Assembly (NCBI RefSeq): GCF_009914755.1
Contig: NC_060929.1
Origin: the human T2T-CHM13v2.0 reference genome, Homo sapiens
Length of the DNA: 64,000 bases
Direction: 5' to 3' (one strand)
How positions within the stretch are numbered: position 1 is the stretch's first letter; the number at the start of each line of letters is the position of its first letter. The notes under the pieces are model-generated. The model was not told the DNA's origin and ran no database searches. It was given only the letters and a program-made list of their open reading frames with translations. Below, piece after piece: positions 1 to 14,832 of this stretch. Position numbers and translations under genes: made by a program.

Positions 1-1353
<1,353 letters not shown>

Positions 1354-2335
1354 ACCCATATATGGAGGAAGTTTATTTTACGGGGGACAAAAAATGTTCT
1401 AAAATTCAATTGTAGGGATAGTTGTGCAACCCCATGAATATACTAAAAAATGCTGGATTATAAATTTGAAGTACAATTGTATCATATGTAAATTATAACT
1501 CAACAAAGCTGTTTAAAAAGAAAACCAAGTTTTAAAATGCATTGGCAGTTCTGCAAACATTTCTGCTCAATTCCAAAGAGTAAAAGGAACACACAAAATA
1601 CATTTCTGCCAGACGTTCTATAAAAAAAAGATGGATAGCTGTCATCTAACAAGAACCAGGAGAAAAGCATTTTAATTAATATAGAATGTTATAAATTTAC
1701 TCACAAAATATAAATTTTAAATTATCTTTTTACAGATATGCCTTAGCTTCCTAACTTTACATGCATTAAAGATATAATTTTTGTATGTATTATATATCTG
1801 TGTGACACAAATCTTTTTTAACAATGCTAATTTTATTATGTATTACTTCATATTAAGACAGTAATTAAAAATAAAAATAATTATGTCCACCTATTATGTT
1901 TTTAGCTCAAACATGCTTAACAAGGAAGAGAACTTGTGACTGTTACCAACTAAAAAAAAGAAATCTTATAGGACTTATTTACTATTTTGCAGCAAGATAC
2001 CTTCCAGGTGAACTACTTCTAAAAAGACCTCCAAGTTCTCTCTCCTCATCCTACCATGTGTCTCCTTCCATCTACTGCAATTTAATGAGGCAGGGCCATT
2101 ACTCCTCTCCCCAACATGGAATTTACAAACATCATCAAAAATGATTCAAGGGACAGCTGCTCTGGTGCTTATGCTTTGGAACTAACCTGAAGCTGAAAAG
2201 AAATAGCTCTGAAGGACAAAACCCTGACAGTAAAATTCAGTTTCAATACTAGGCAACATGTATCTTCTGAGCCCAGAGCAATAACCGTTATGTCTGGGTT
2301 TGCAACCTTCACAGCAAGGGCATAAAAACACGCAC

Positions 2336-2490
2336 CTGGCCTGGATCGTTGTACCAAAGTTCATCATGAAGTCGGTCAGGGTGGGCCTTTTTGCGTTTGA
2401 TTTCTGCAATAACGTCAAAAACTTCAGAGTCTGAGCTGCTAGAACAGGTGCTGTCCTCATCAGACTCACACTCGGATTCACTGGAACTCT
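2336..2490 (-). CDS. DROSHA: DROSHA exon 10 (155 nt), ESSSESECESDEDS...LHDELWYNDPGQ; gene continues beyond the window start
   Basis: Acceptor TGTTAG|AGAG, donor CAG|GTGCGT; lies within ORF 2309..2536. Confidence 0.96.
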
Positions 2491-2541
2491 CTAACAGGGG
2501 TTGGGAGAAAAATACAGAAATTGATGGAATTAACAAACTGG

Positions 2542-2837
2542 TTTTTTTTTTTTCCCTGAGTTGGAGTCTCGCTCTGTCACCCAGGCTGGAGTGCAGTGCG
2601 CGATCTCAGCTCACTGCAAACTCCACCTCCCGAGTTCAAGTGATTCTCCTGCCTTAGCCTCCCGATTAGCTGGGATTACAGGCGCCTGCCACCACACCCA
2701 GCTATTTTTTGTGTTTTTAGTAGAGACAGGATTTTGCCATGTTGACCAGGCTGGTCTCGAACTCCTGACCTCAGGTGAAACACCCGTCTCGGCCTCCTAA
2801 AGTGCTGGGATTATAGGCATGAGCCACCGCACCCGGC
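2542..2837 (-). mobile_element. Alu (S-type), sense to DROSHA, ~50 nt upstream of the exon 10 acceptor
   Basis: Reverse Alu consensus; TSD acaaactggttttt. Confidence 0.95.
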
Positions 2838-3469
2838 TGACAAACTGGTTTTTGTGGAGGCTTCCAAATGACCTAAACCTCTAAAGGTAAGAAGAGTTCT
2901 TTATTCTTCTAGAAAATACTTAAAGGCCTACTCTACACCAAATACTCTACTAAGCAACACCATAAAAAAAAAATATAGCCCATAATGCTAAGTCACAATC
3001 TAGTTGGGGAAGCAAAGAAAATAAAGATCTTTAGAGAGAAAGTAAGACTTGATGAGCAATGTCAGATAAAATGAAAAACCATAGTAGTAGTACGTAGTTT
3101 AACACTTAAGCTATGTAATGATCCATAAAAGGGCAGTTTCACTGGGATCCGGAAAGGCTGGTGATAATTTCAAAGAAGGAGCACATGTGACCCAGGCACT
3201 GCAACAGGATGGGAGAAGCATGATAAGGAGGAGAAAAGAAGAAAGGAATGAAGAGGGAGCATCGTAGGCAAAAGCGTGGAGCTAAGAACACAGTGGACTA
3301 GCTAGAGCGCGGGCCACACGGAAAAACACTGGGAGGTTAGGGGCTGGGAGTGCTGGGAATGCCACAGCGAAGGCTGGGAATGCAAGACCAAAGACTTGAC
3401 ATTTCTTTTCCCTCAATAACAGCAAGAGAAGGTGTTAGTCCTTAAAGTGACTGAATAAAAACAGACACA

Positions 3470-3782
3470 GACTTATGCTAACTGAAATATGCCAGTCACA
3501 AAAAGACAAATACTACATGATTCCACATATATGAGATGCCTGAGAGTCAAATTCATAGAGGAAGAAAGTAGCATAGTAGTAATAAGGGAACGGGGGAACT
3601 GGGGTCTGGGGAGTTATTCCTTAACAGGTCCAGAGTTTCAGTTTTATAAAAGGAAAACAGTTCTGGAGACTGGTTGCAAACAAGGTCATGTTGAACCCTA
3701 TTGAACTGTACGCTTAAAAATAGTTAAGATGGTAAATTTTGTATTACTTATATTTTACCACAATTTGAAAAAAAAAAAAAAA
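3470..3782 (+). mobile_element. Old L1M(B)-type 3' end fragment
   Basis: gccagtcacaaaagacaaatac...atggtaaattttg followed by an A tail. Confidence 0.75.
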
Positions 3783-4751
3783 CAGACCTAGAAGTTAGAT
3801 TAATCCTACATAGTGAGATTCCATCTCCACAAAAAGAAAAATAATTAATTTTTAAAATAAATTAATCCTATAAGAGATTAACATAGTAGTAGCATAATGA
3901 AATCCAACATGGAGTTGTATTTACATGTACTGCATGAGATAGATGCTACTGTCTACTGTCATCCCTATTTTACAAATGGGAAAAATCTAAGGAGATTAAC
4001 CTGTGGCCCAAGGTCACATATCAAGTAGGTGGTAGAGCAGGGATTCAAACCCAAGCCATCCAACTCCCAACTCAGGTGTCTTTGCCCAGTATGGATAACT
4101 GCCTCTCAGCGTGTGGGATGTAATGGAGGTGGGCAGATAAGAGCCAGAGAGAACATGTAGCTAAATGCACACTGAATGTCTCATCTGTGCATGGCATTCT
4201 GTTAGGGGCTAAGGATACAAAGTGATAAAAAGCAATTTCCATTCTCAAAGATCTCACAACCTACTTGGAACCTCAGAACATACACATGAAAAAATAGACC
4301 ACCTTATGAAAAAGCTATGCAAACTGTCTACACAAGTGGAGAGAAACCTTCAAACAGAGCTGGGCTATAGTCGCTGTTTCCCTCATCAAACCAGGCGCAC
4401 CTGGCAAAGGAGAGGGCCAAGGAAGGACACCTGTCCTCATGAGAGGCAGGGGGCATGGGCTCCTGCTCTCGGAAAGATGCTGAACTCTTCTGACTGGACA
4501 ACTCTCCAAGGGGCACCCTTGTTAGCATGCCTTGCAAATGAGATCGCTGCTGTATTCTGCCAAATGAACTAAGGAAAAATACGATCAAAAAGAAGGAAGT
4601 TCTACTGCTATGTATCTTACTGACTGTAATTAAGAAAAATAAAATGAAAAAGAAGAAATCTCAATGTGGGACTCTCAAGGGTATTTCCCCAAAATTTAGG
4701 AATGAAGCTATAATCGCAAGGGTCTCAGGCTAGTTAGTGACTCTGACTCAC

Positions 4752-4893
4752 CTAAATCTTCATCGAGCTTCGTCTTTGGAGGTTCCCACGGAGGCCGAGC
4801 AGCTTTGGCCTTTTCTTGCCTGCTCCCCAACTCCTCCTCAAATTTGTCATATAAGTCACGAAGCCTACTCGTTCCAACCACTGTAGAATCTCC
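4752..4893 (-). CDS. DROSHA: DROSHA exon 9 (142 nt), GDSTVVGTSRLRDLYDKFEEELG...KLDEDL
   Basis: Acceptor TAAAAG|GGAG, donor TAG|GTGAGT. Confidence 0.96.
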
Positions 4894-5139
4894 CTTTTAA
4901 AAATAAAGGATCAATATTAGGAACTATATCAATAACGATCATATCAAAGATATGTAAGATCTCACAGGTAATCAAAGCATTTTTAACAGCAAGATGCTAT
5001 TTTTCAACCCTAAATTTAACAAACATTTAAAAACAAAATGCTCAAGTACTGGCAATCATACTCTGAATCAAACACACACTTATCGCTGACACAGTCTTCA
5101 GGTAAATGTGCCTTGCCAACATTCAGAAACATTAGAACA

Positions 5140-5428
5140 GGCCAGGCGTGCTGGCTCACGCCTGTAATCCTAGCAACTTTGGGAGGCAGAGGCAGGAGGA
5201 TTGCTCGAGGCCAGGAGTTCAAGACCAGCCTGGGCAACATAGCAAGACCCCACCTCTATGAAAAAGAAAAAAATTAGCCAGGTGGTGTGTGCCTGTGCTA
5301 CCTGGGAGGCTAAGGCAGGAGAACTGTTTGAGCCCAAGAGTTGGAGGATGCAGTGAGCTATGACTATGACTGTGCCACTATACTCTAGCCTGGGTGACAT
5401 AGAGAGACCTCATCTAAAAAAAAAAAAA
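5140..5428 (+). mobile_element. Alu (J-type)
   Basis: Alu consensus; TSD agaaacattagaacag. Confidence 0.93.
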
Positions 5429-5624
5429 CAGAAAAGAAACATTAGAACAGTTCATCTATGCCCTATTAATATGACATTTTTTAAAAAATCATGACCCTCA
5501 GAGAATCATGACAACTGACATCAAATACCCTCATAGGGAATGTACACTTCCTACTGAAAATCACTGATAACCTATCTTCTCCTATATCAATCCATCGAGC
5601 AATAAGAAATATCCTATATATCCC

Positions 5625-5740
5625 CTCTCTCTCTCTCACACACACGCACACACACACACACACACTCTCATGCCTTAAACACGAGGACATAAACATGCAC
5701 ACACTCTCTCTCACACACACACAAACACATACCACAAACA
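5625..5740. repeat. Two compound (CT)n(CA)n microsatellites
   Basis: Read directly from the sequence. Confidence 0.9.
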
Positions 5741-6244
5741 CGGGACTCTGCAACAGATTCCTAGAGAAAATTTTCCACTTTTCCTCACTCAATTTCCAGG
5801 TTGAAAATCACTTTACATCTCCACACTCTGACTTAGTAGCCTTAAAATGTAAAAACCAGACCTGTCAAATGTAAAATTAAGGCAAATCATAAAATCTGGT
5901 ACCCAGAAGAGGGGATAATTCAGGCCCCATCTCATTGTTGGGAGTGGCGATGCCGGTATAGCTTTGACATTCTCACCACCTTCTCTGCACCACACAGACG
6001 ACAAAACTCAAAGGCAAATGTCAGCCTTTTGAGTTTATCAGTCTTCCTCCTACACTGGAGTTTTAATATACTCATAACGATGTAATAAAAAACAACCAGC
6101 CCTGCCTGTTTAAACTCCCTGAACTTCAGTGTCTTCATCTTTATTGTTTTAAGAATAATAACACCTATGGCAGCCATTCTTCCCTTCTTCCTAATAGAAG
6201 CAGGATTCTGTAAGATTTGGAGAAGAGAACTCCTGATCTCTGGG

Positions 6245-7140
6245 AAGGTAGGCTGAGCCACCAGCCCCTCCCAAAGATGTCCATGTCCTAATCCCCAGAA
6301 ATTAAATATATATGTTAACTTACATGGCAAAAAGGATTTGCAGCTGGGTGGACCCAATCTTAGAACAGGAATCCTTAAAATCAGGGAACCTTTGCCAACA
6401 GGGGTCAGAGATACAACAGAAAAAGAGGCAAGAGATATTCAAAACACGAGAAGGACTCGACCACCATTGCTGGCTTCGAAGACAGAGGAAGGGATCCACA
6501 AGTCAAGGAATGCACATGGCCTGGAGGAACCAAGAAGTGCCCACACCTGACAGCCAACAAGGACACAAGGTCCTCTGTCCTCCAGACACAAGCAACTGAA
6601 CTCTGCCAGCAACCTGAATGAGCAAGAAAACAGATTTTCTCCAGAGCCTCCATAAAGGAGCACAGACCTGCTGACATCCTGATGGAGCCAGTGAGGCCCA
6701 TGCTGGACTTCTGACCTCCCAAGCTGTGAGATGACAAATGTGTGCGGTTTCAAGCCATGCCATTTGTGGAACTCTGTCATGGCAGTAAGGAAAAATGAAT
6801 CCCTGGGGTAGGCATGTCACATGGCTCTGGTAAAGGGATGGAAGGGGAGTCAAGGGATGAAAGGAGAGCTCGGGCAAGACACTAGAAGAATGCTCACCCA
6901 ACATGCCCTCTGCATCCTGCGTGTGAGGATGCGGGTGTGTAAGGACCTGAGGCCTGCTAGTCCTGCATCATCCTGCAACTGTGGAAGATGCTCAGGAAGA
7001 CAGCAGGGCCTGCCATCACTGAGCCACTCAGTGAACACCAGCCATGGCCTCCCTCCAGGTACCTTATTATGAGAAGAACAAACCCAGCTTGTTTAAGTCC
7101 CACTTAGTCAGGTGTTATTACTCCTAGCAGCATTTCTAAC
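6245..7140 (+). mobile_element. MLT1-family MaLR LTR sequence (probably two adjacent pieces)
   Basis: ccaaagatgtccatgtcctaatcccc...gacttctgacctcc...ctgtgag motifs. Confidence 0.7.
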
Positions 7141-7938
7141 GGACAGAACCACCTTCTTGCCAGGGGTGTTTTCAGGGTCAACTAAGACAACATGAGAAGC
7201 ATGGAATAACATTCAGGCACCGTAAAGTGCACAGTATGTGAGCTTTCCCTTCCCTGTACCACATCAACTATGACTTAAAAGCCTGCTCTAATTTATCAAA
7301 TAAAATATCACACCACTATGAGAGACTTCTCAAATCCTTTGTTTCCAAAAACACAGAAATCTCCTTTCAAGCTCCCCACAGATACGAGTCCAAATAGAAG
7401 CTATTTTCACAAAATTCCAAATAACACAACTCTCTCTTATCTCTTATCTAATCCCATACACTAAATCTAACATCTGCAACTTTTCATGCCCGAAATCTGC
7501 ACGAGTTCATTAATTAAATGAATGAGATGTCCACTCATTCATTTAATCAATGAACATTACAACATGCCTACTCTGTGGCAAATATGCCTAACAGGATGGA
7601 GGCATAACGCCTAGGGGGAAGAGGGGAAGAGAGAGCAAAAAGGTGACAGTGACAGAAAATAAAATGGAGATGGAAGAAAGAAAAGAGAAGTGAGCATGTA
7701 GAAATAGTGGTGGAGTCTGTCATGGCAATGAGCACGCCGGCTGTAGCACCACAGGCGCCCCGGCCCTGGCAGCATGTGCTCTAGGAGTCCTCCCTCCAGC
7801 CCATTAAGGGTGACAATGGCTCTCCCTTTCTGCAAAACTAGCCAATATGCATGGGCAACTTCGTAGGGTTGGTGCTCTTTTGGTCAAGGATACACTTCGA
7901 AGAGACAAACTCAAATTCTTCCTTATTTTTCATTTTGG

Positions 7939-7943
<5 letters not shown>

Positions 7944-7980
<37 letters not shown>

Positions 7981-7987
7981 TACACAC
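7944..7987. repeat. (CA)n microsatellite
   Basis: Read directly from the sequence. Confidence 0.95.
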
Positions 7988-8071
7988 TACAAACTGCATA
8001 AACTAGTTACATGTGAAAGCTTATGAAACCACCAGTACTGATACTACCAGTATCATTAAAAATGTAGAATA

Positions 8072-8380
<309 letters not shown>

Positions 8381-8452
8381 TTATAAAAAGATATTTTAAT
8401 TAACCTACTGCACTCTTGGCTTTTAGCTTTTTAAAACGGCTTTTGTCTGTAA

Positions 8453-8670
8453 CAGTGATTCTCAACTGGGGGTGATCTTTTCCCCCCAGGGGACATTTGG
8501 CAATATTTGAAGACATTTTCGGTAACCACAACTGGGGAGGGGTACTACTGGCATCTAACAGGTAGAGCCCAGAGATGCCGCTAAACATCCTACAATGCAT
8601 AGGGCAGTCCCCACAATCAAGAATTTATCCAGCCCCAAAGGCCAATAGTGACAACGCCGAGAAGCCCTAG
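8453..8670. mobile_element. MER20 hAT DNA transposon, ending ~30 nt from the exon 8 donor
   Basis: cagtgattctcaactgggggtgat...ggggacatttggcaat...gagaagccct. Confidence 0.85.
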
Positions 8671-8700
8671 TCTACAGCTTGTCTGCTACTTCAGACCTAC

Positions 8701-8932
8701 CACCTGATCCATGGGGTCACTGGAGTAGTAGTTTTCTGAATGAGTGCATCGAATCCACACAGGCTTAAGAAGTTCTTCTTCTTCCTCCTCATTCTTGTCA
8801 GGCATGGTCTCCTCGGGCTCTTTTTCCTTGATTGAGGTATAGTTCTTGTCTTTGCCAGAACTCTGGTTGTCACTCCAACGGTCTTTTTCTTCCTCCCAAC
8901 GAGCTCTCTTCTTCTCCCTACTTGGGGAGCGA
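8701..8932 (-). CDS. DROSHA: DROSHA exon 8 (232 nt), RSPSREKKRARWEEEKD...SSDPMDQV
   Basis: Acceptor TTGAAG|TCGC, donor GTG|GTAGGT; frame consistent with neighbours. Confidence 0.96.
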
Positions 8933-9069
8933 CTTCAAAAGAGGGCAAAGGAGGTTAATTATTAAAAATACTCTTCCACTGTAAAAACTATTCTATTTCA
9001 CCTATTTGGTGCATTTTTCACCTAAAATATGAATACCATGCCAAATCACCGTGTGTACTTTTGTTAAAC

Positions 9070-9263
9070 CAGTGACTCCCAAATACCAGTCTGGTGGCAT
9101 CAGAATCACCTGAAGTTTACTTGTTTAAAAATACAAATTCCCAGGCCCCACCCCAGATCTACTTACTGATTCACAATCTCCAGGGGTGGGGCCCAAGAAT
9201 CTGTATTTTTAATAATCTCCCCAGGTAATTCTGGTGTGCATCCAGCAGGTTCAGGAACAACCG
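9070..9263. mobile_element. MER5A-like palindromic hAT MITE, exonised as DROSHA exon 7
   Basis: gcatcagaatcacctg...ggccccacccc / ggggtggggcccaagaatctgtatttt...caggtaattctg; internal inverted symmetry. Confidence 0.88.
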
Positions 9264-9277
9264 ATAAACCGTAACTC
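9167..9277 (-). CDS. DROSHA: DROSHA exon 7 (111 nt, frame-preserving cassette), SYGLSVVPEPAGCTPELPGEIIKNTDSWAPPLEIVNH
   Basis: Acceptor TTTTAG|GAGT, donor TCA|GTAAGT; open in frame; overlaps a MER5A-like element. Confidence 0.95.
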
Positions 9278-9679
9278 CTAAAAGAAAAAGATATTTGCAA
9301 AATGTTTGGAAATGTCCACATATGGACAATTTCAGCAATGAGAATACCAGTTTTGAATCCTCCACATCTGTCTTTGCCAGGAAAAAAAGATTTTAAGACT
9401 TCACAAAACAGGGTCTCAATATGGCCATAAATTTGGCCTGAGGACTATAATTATAATCCGAGAGTGAACCACTTATGTCATCCCTAACTGTCTCTGGAAC
9501 CCCAGTCTTGGGCATTACTACTTGGTGAACCAACACTTTGCCTAATGTTGGTCCTCACAGATATTAATATTAACTCAGTCAATAAAGAAAGATGAAAAAA
9601 CAACTCCATCTCCCTGACTTCCTGGGGCTTGAAATCTGCAAAGACCCATCCTATGGATGTACTTGGAGGGAAAAACCTA

Positions 9680-9988
<309 letters not shown>

Positions 9989-10379
9989 CCTACAGGGTAG
10001 ATTTTAATTTAAGCCCAAGAAATTTAGGTAGAACACAGAGACCTTGAGAATCCAGCTAAGTAGAAAAACTGCTTTGTAAGATCACCTGGTAGCCTTCACA
10101 GCTCCACTAACAAAGTTACTACTATCCATGTAAGTTTACATCCAGATCAAAGTAATAAGTATTCTCATTAACTCTACCACTAACTTGTAATTTTCTAACA
10201 GGGAAAGTCTGTATGTATATATATGTGTGTAGGTATGTATACTTTGGGAGGATTAGAAAGATTATACATATTATTTATATAACTTCCAGACATTACAATA
10301 CGCATCATTAGTTTTGTTACCAGAAAAATTACTGTCAATGTATGTTCGCTGTAGAAAAAATAAAGCACAAACATAAAAA

Positions 10380-11480
10380 CCACACATAACACCACTCAGA
10401 GAAAATCACTATATTTCATAAATGTTTTAATGTTATAGCCTGACCTTCTCATTCAGTAGTAAATCAGGAACACCTATTTCAATAATTATATATTTGGAGC
10501 ATTTTTAATAGGTACATTATTATTCTTTTATATGTATATACCATAATTTAACAAAACTAATAATAGTCATTTAGGTTAACATTTACTTCTCTTCCACCAT
10601 AAACAATGCTATCATGAACACATTTGTGTTCTTTGCACACTTGTCAGATTCTTTCCCAAATGCATACTTTTTAAGGCTTCTCTCTAGTTAGGCAGTACTC
10701 GTTTAGACTACCATCAAAACCACATAAGAGTTCCCATTTCCACACATCCTGTCACTATGGTTATTTTTAATCTTTGCCATTCTGATGAAACAGTATTTTC
10801 ATATAATTTAATTTGAAGTATTTTATCAATATTGAAATGAATATGTTTCATGCTTAAGTCTTTTGTGAACATTCTGGTCACAGGCTATGCAAATTTTTTA
10901 AAATTATGATTAGAGTCTTTAATTGGTTGAAACAGTTTTCATTAAGATAACTGTCCTCCCTCTGTCATATGCATTGTAACCGTTTCCAGTTTCTTGCTTT
11001 GAAATCTGTTTGCTGCTACATACAACTTTTATAAAGTCAAATCTAGAGATCTTTTTATGCTTCCTGCCTTAGTATGCTTGGAAGCCATTTCCTATCCCAA
11101 GGTTAAAAAAAGATTTTATATTTTCATCAGTTACTTTTAACACAATTTTTAATTCTCTCTCTCCAAGGTGTAAGGCAGAAATCTAATCTCAATTTTTCCT
11201 CCAAATGGCTCACCAATTGCCAGTTTCTCCTCTGATTTGAAAAAAACATATTCTTTATCACATGTAACTTTACATATTTATTAGATGTACGTAATACATA
11301 TTCTTGAATGTTGCTCTGTAGTTGTTTCAATGATCTATTTAACCTATATCAAATTTTTAAAATTATTATATATTTCCAGAACCTTTAATACTTCCAGAGT
11401 AAGTATCCTTGCATTACTATTTTTCTTCATTATCCTAACTTCTATCCCAAGGAAAAATTAAAGAGTCATTATGAAGTCCT
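10380..11480 (-). mobile_element. Degraded ancient L1M fragments (similar sequence at ~13400-14650)
   Basis: AT-rich; gagttcccatttccacacatcct and aattgccag motifs typical of reverse L1 ORF2 / 3' UTR. Confidence 0.55.
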
Positions 11481-11685
11481 AAAGCCAGTACTTAGGGTCA
11501 GGTATGGTGGCTCATGCCTGTAATCCTAGCACTTTGGGAGGCCGGGGTAGGAGGATCACTTGAGGCCAGTCGTTCAAAGACGAACCTGGGCAACATAGCG
11601 AGATCCCCATCTCTTTTTACATTTTTAATAACTAAAAAAAAAAGAAAAAGTACTTTAACTGAAGTTACGTTAAAATTATAGATTA

Positions 11686-12022
11686 CAGTCATATGTCACT
11701 AACAACAACAGAGATATAGTCTAAGAAATGAGTCCTTAGGTGATTTCATCACTGTACAAACATCACAGTGTGCCTACACAAACTTAGATGGTATAGCCTA
11801 CTACACACCTCGGACAGGCGGTATAGCCTGTTGCTACTAGGCTACAAACCTGTACATGTGACTGCACTGAATGCTGTGGGCAACTGTAACACAGTGGTAA
11901 ATATTTATGTAACTAGACATATTTGAACATAGAAAAGGTCCAGTAAAAAAATAAGGTATTATAATCTTTGGGACCAACATTGTATACAGTCTGTCACTGA
12001 AATGCCATGTGGTACGTGACTA
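11686..12022. mobile_element. Tigger3/MER7-like DNA transposon, preceded by an Alu monomer at ~11497-11650
   Basis: cagtcat...gatggtatagcctactacacacct...gtgacta with terminal inverted repeats. Confidence 0.8.
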
Positions 12023-14832
12023 TATTGTGAAGAAAACTGGTATTTTTACGACATGGTCATCCACTACGGGAAAAGGACATACCTTCCTTTTATTACATCA
12101 CCTTCTTTGTCATCAGCTACATTTTATAGTTTTCTTCCCATTGGTCCTATGCATTACAAGATGCTTAAATTATTTGTTAATAACTTTCCATAGTGAATTT
12201 TAATTTGTCTTTGCATTACATTTTCTAACCAGGTAGTCCTTTTTACTTAAAAGGCTGTTAAAATACTGTCAGGTAATAACGGCAACTCTTAGCTCCTAGG
12301 GACTCTTTTTGGTTTGTTTTGGTGCTTACTCTGAGGCTGGCACCCTGCTAAGCACTTTACTGACATTTCACATTTAATCCTGACAGCAAGCCTAGGAGGC
12401 AGATATTAACATCCCCTACAAAGGAGGCAACAGCTTTGAAAATCAGTCACTTGCCTAATACGATAAAGCTAAAAGTGGTAGTTAAATGCTAATATGGTTG
12501 ATACAGACATTTCAGCATGTTCTAAAAAGAAATTCCACCAAATGTTTTATTGCCAAGAAACACAGGCAAAAGACATCCTCACCCATCCTTTTAAGCAGGC
12601 GTTGTGAATGATGTAATGAATGGTCAGGGTCAGTTGTTGTGAACATCAGTTAATATTTTTTTTAACACTTTGAGAAGGGCATTTCAACACAGAAACAAAA
12701 GATCTTTTTTAGGTAAGTGTCTCAGGCACTCCAAAATTCAAAATCCAAACTCCCAATGTTTCTTCTTACCAATATGCCACAGTGCAAACTGGTAAATTTT
12801 CCCCCTCACAGTATTTCCATTTCTAATTTTTATTTTCTGCTGCGTTAGTCAGAACTTACAGAATTCAAGTCTACCTTCTCTGCAAGCTACCAGGCATTAG
12901 AGAAGAAACCATTAAACCGAGGCTATTTCCAGCACTTATACATTAAAAATCATCCACCTCAAATAGGTCCTCAATGATGTCCACTGACACAATACTCTGG
13001 CTTTTCTCCTGTCTCCTCTCCTCCTCCTCAGGCCCTCTTGTCATCTTTCCTAATTAATCCCATCTAACCCATGGCATTTCATCCTTCCTAATTAATCTCA
13101 TCTAATCCAGAGCAACATGTAAGTGTCCTATCAAACGCACTTACAGCACTTAACTTTCCTTTTCCTATTAAGTGGGGGCCTTTGTTAATGCCTATATCAC
13201 CCATACCAGTACAATACCCGGGACACACAAAAACACCATGTTTTTAATTACCATGTTGATTGTATCACAAGGATATTCAGTAACAACGATAAGCAATGGG
13301 GCCTCCTTGCCTTTTTTCAAATTTGTATGGGAAAGGCCTGCAGGTTTCAACACCACATTTGACTCTTTGGGGATGGTATCCATCAGGTTCATCGTGAGCT
13401 ACCATTCTTCATCATGTTAAAGACAACTGTTAATATTTCTAGTTTACTAGTTTTTACTCACATATGGATGCTGATTTTAGTTTAAATACCTAAAAGGTAA
13501 GTACTGAGATAACCCTACAGATTTTGACACATACAATACAGATTTTCTAATATTAACTTTTCTATCCATGCAGTCTTGGAATAAACTCTATCTGTTATTT
13601 TAACAAACTACTGAAAACATTTGCTAATATCCTAATTCGTGTTTTTATATCCATATTTGTAAGAGAGATTGCTGTGTCGTTTTTGTGTCATTTTTTTTCC
13701 CTTGGTTAGGTTTTGCCATCTGGTTTTTCCTGCTACTACAGAATGAGCTGAGCTTTCCTTCCATCTTTTTTTAGTGTTCAAGACCACTTTAAAGCTTTTT
13801 TTAGAGGTGGTGCAAAGTAAGCTTTTTCCATTTTTCAAGTTATTGACCTATTAAAGTTTTCTGCTTCTTGTGTGAAATTATTTTTGTTTTCTTAGAAATC
13901 AACCCATCACATTCAAGTTAATTTTTTAAACGGTTTTAAATTTTTTAATTTCTTTTCATTCCTGTAACAATACACTTTCTCAAACCTAATGTTATGTAGA
14001 TTTTTCTTTTATTTCCCACTTTAAAAATTGTATTTGCATTTACTTACAATATAGTTATATCACTGTAGTTCTATTTCCATTTCATTAATTTATCTTTAAA
14101 TCCCTTTTTCTGCTTTTCTTAAGCTCCACCAATTTCTATAGCCAAGTGCTCAGATAATAATTATATACATAGTTACCATTTATTTGGCACTTACTTCAGG
14201 CCCAGTTCTAAGTGTTTGACATGCATTATCTCAATGACCCCTTATCACTCAAGAAGGTACATATAACTGTCCTTATTTTACAAACGAAGACACTGATAAC
14301 TTTGCCCAGTAATAAAATTGGGAGAGCTAATAACTGACCCCGAATCTGTCAGATTCTAGAGTGCTGTTCTTCATTACCATCATATTAATGTAAGACCACA
14401 AAATTTTACTTCGGGATATAGAATTGATTACACCCTTTAAGTTTTGGGTGATAGCAATCTCAATGTCATTTTCTAATGAAAATATGACTGCAGTTTTGCT
14501 CTTTTTTTCTGAAACATGTAAATTTAAGAGCATAATTATGAATTTCCAAGGTTTTTTAAAATGATTAATGTATAGTTTTATAGCACTGTGGTCAGAAAAA
14601 GTGGTCTGTATAATTTCTAATTTTTGGAAATTTATCAAGATTTTCCTTGTGCATAATCAATGCATCTTGAAAGTAAAGTCTTTTAAATTACAGTCTGCTT
14701 TAGCTTTTCACAGGTCATCTTGGACAGACTCTGAGGCCATTATGAAGACTTGGCTGTTGCTCCATACAAGCACAAAATCTGAATTCAAGGAGATAATCCT
14801 ATGACTTCTTTCAGTGTCAACTCCTTGCTTAC

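Noticed and set aside
5932-7072. Stack of overlapping ORFs on both strands
   Set aside because: They lie largely in MLT1 LTR sequence, with no splice context or recognisable protein.
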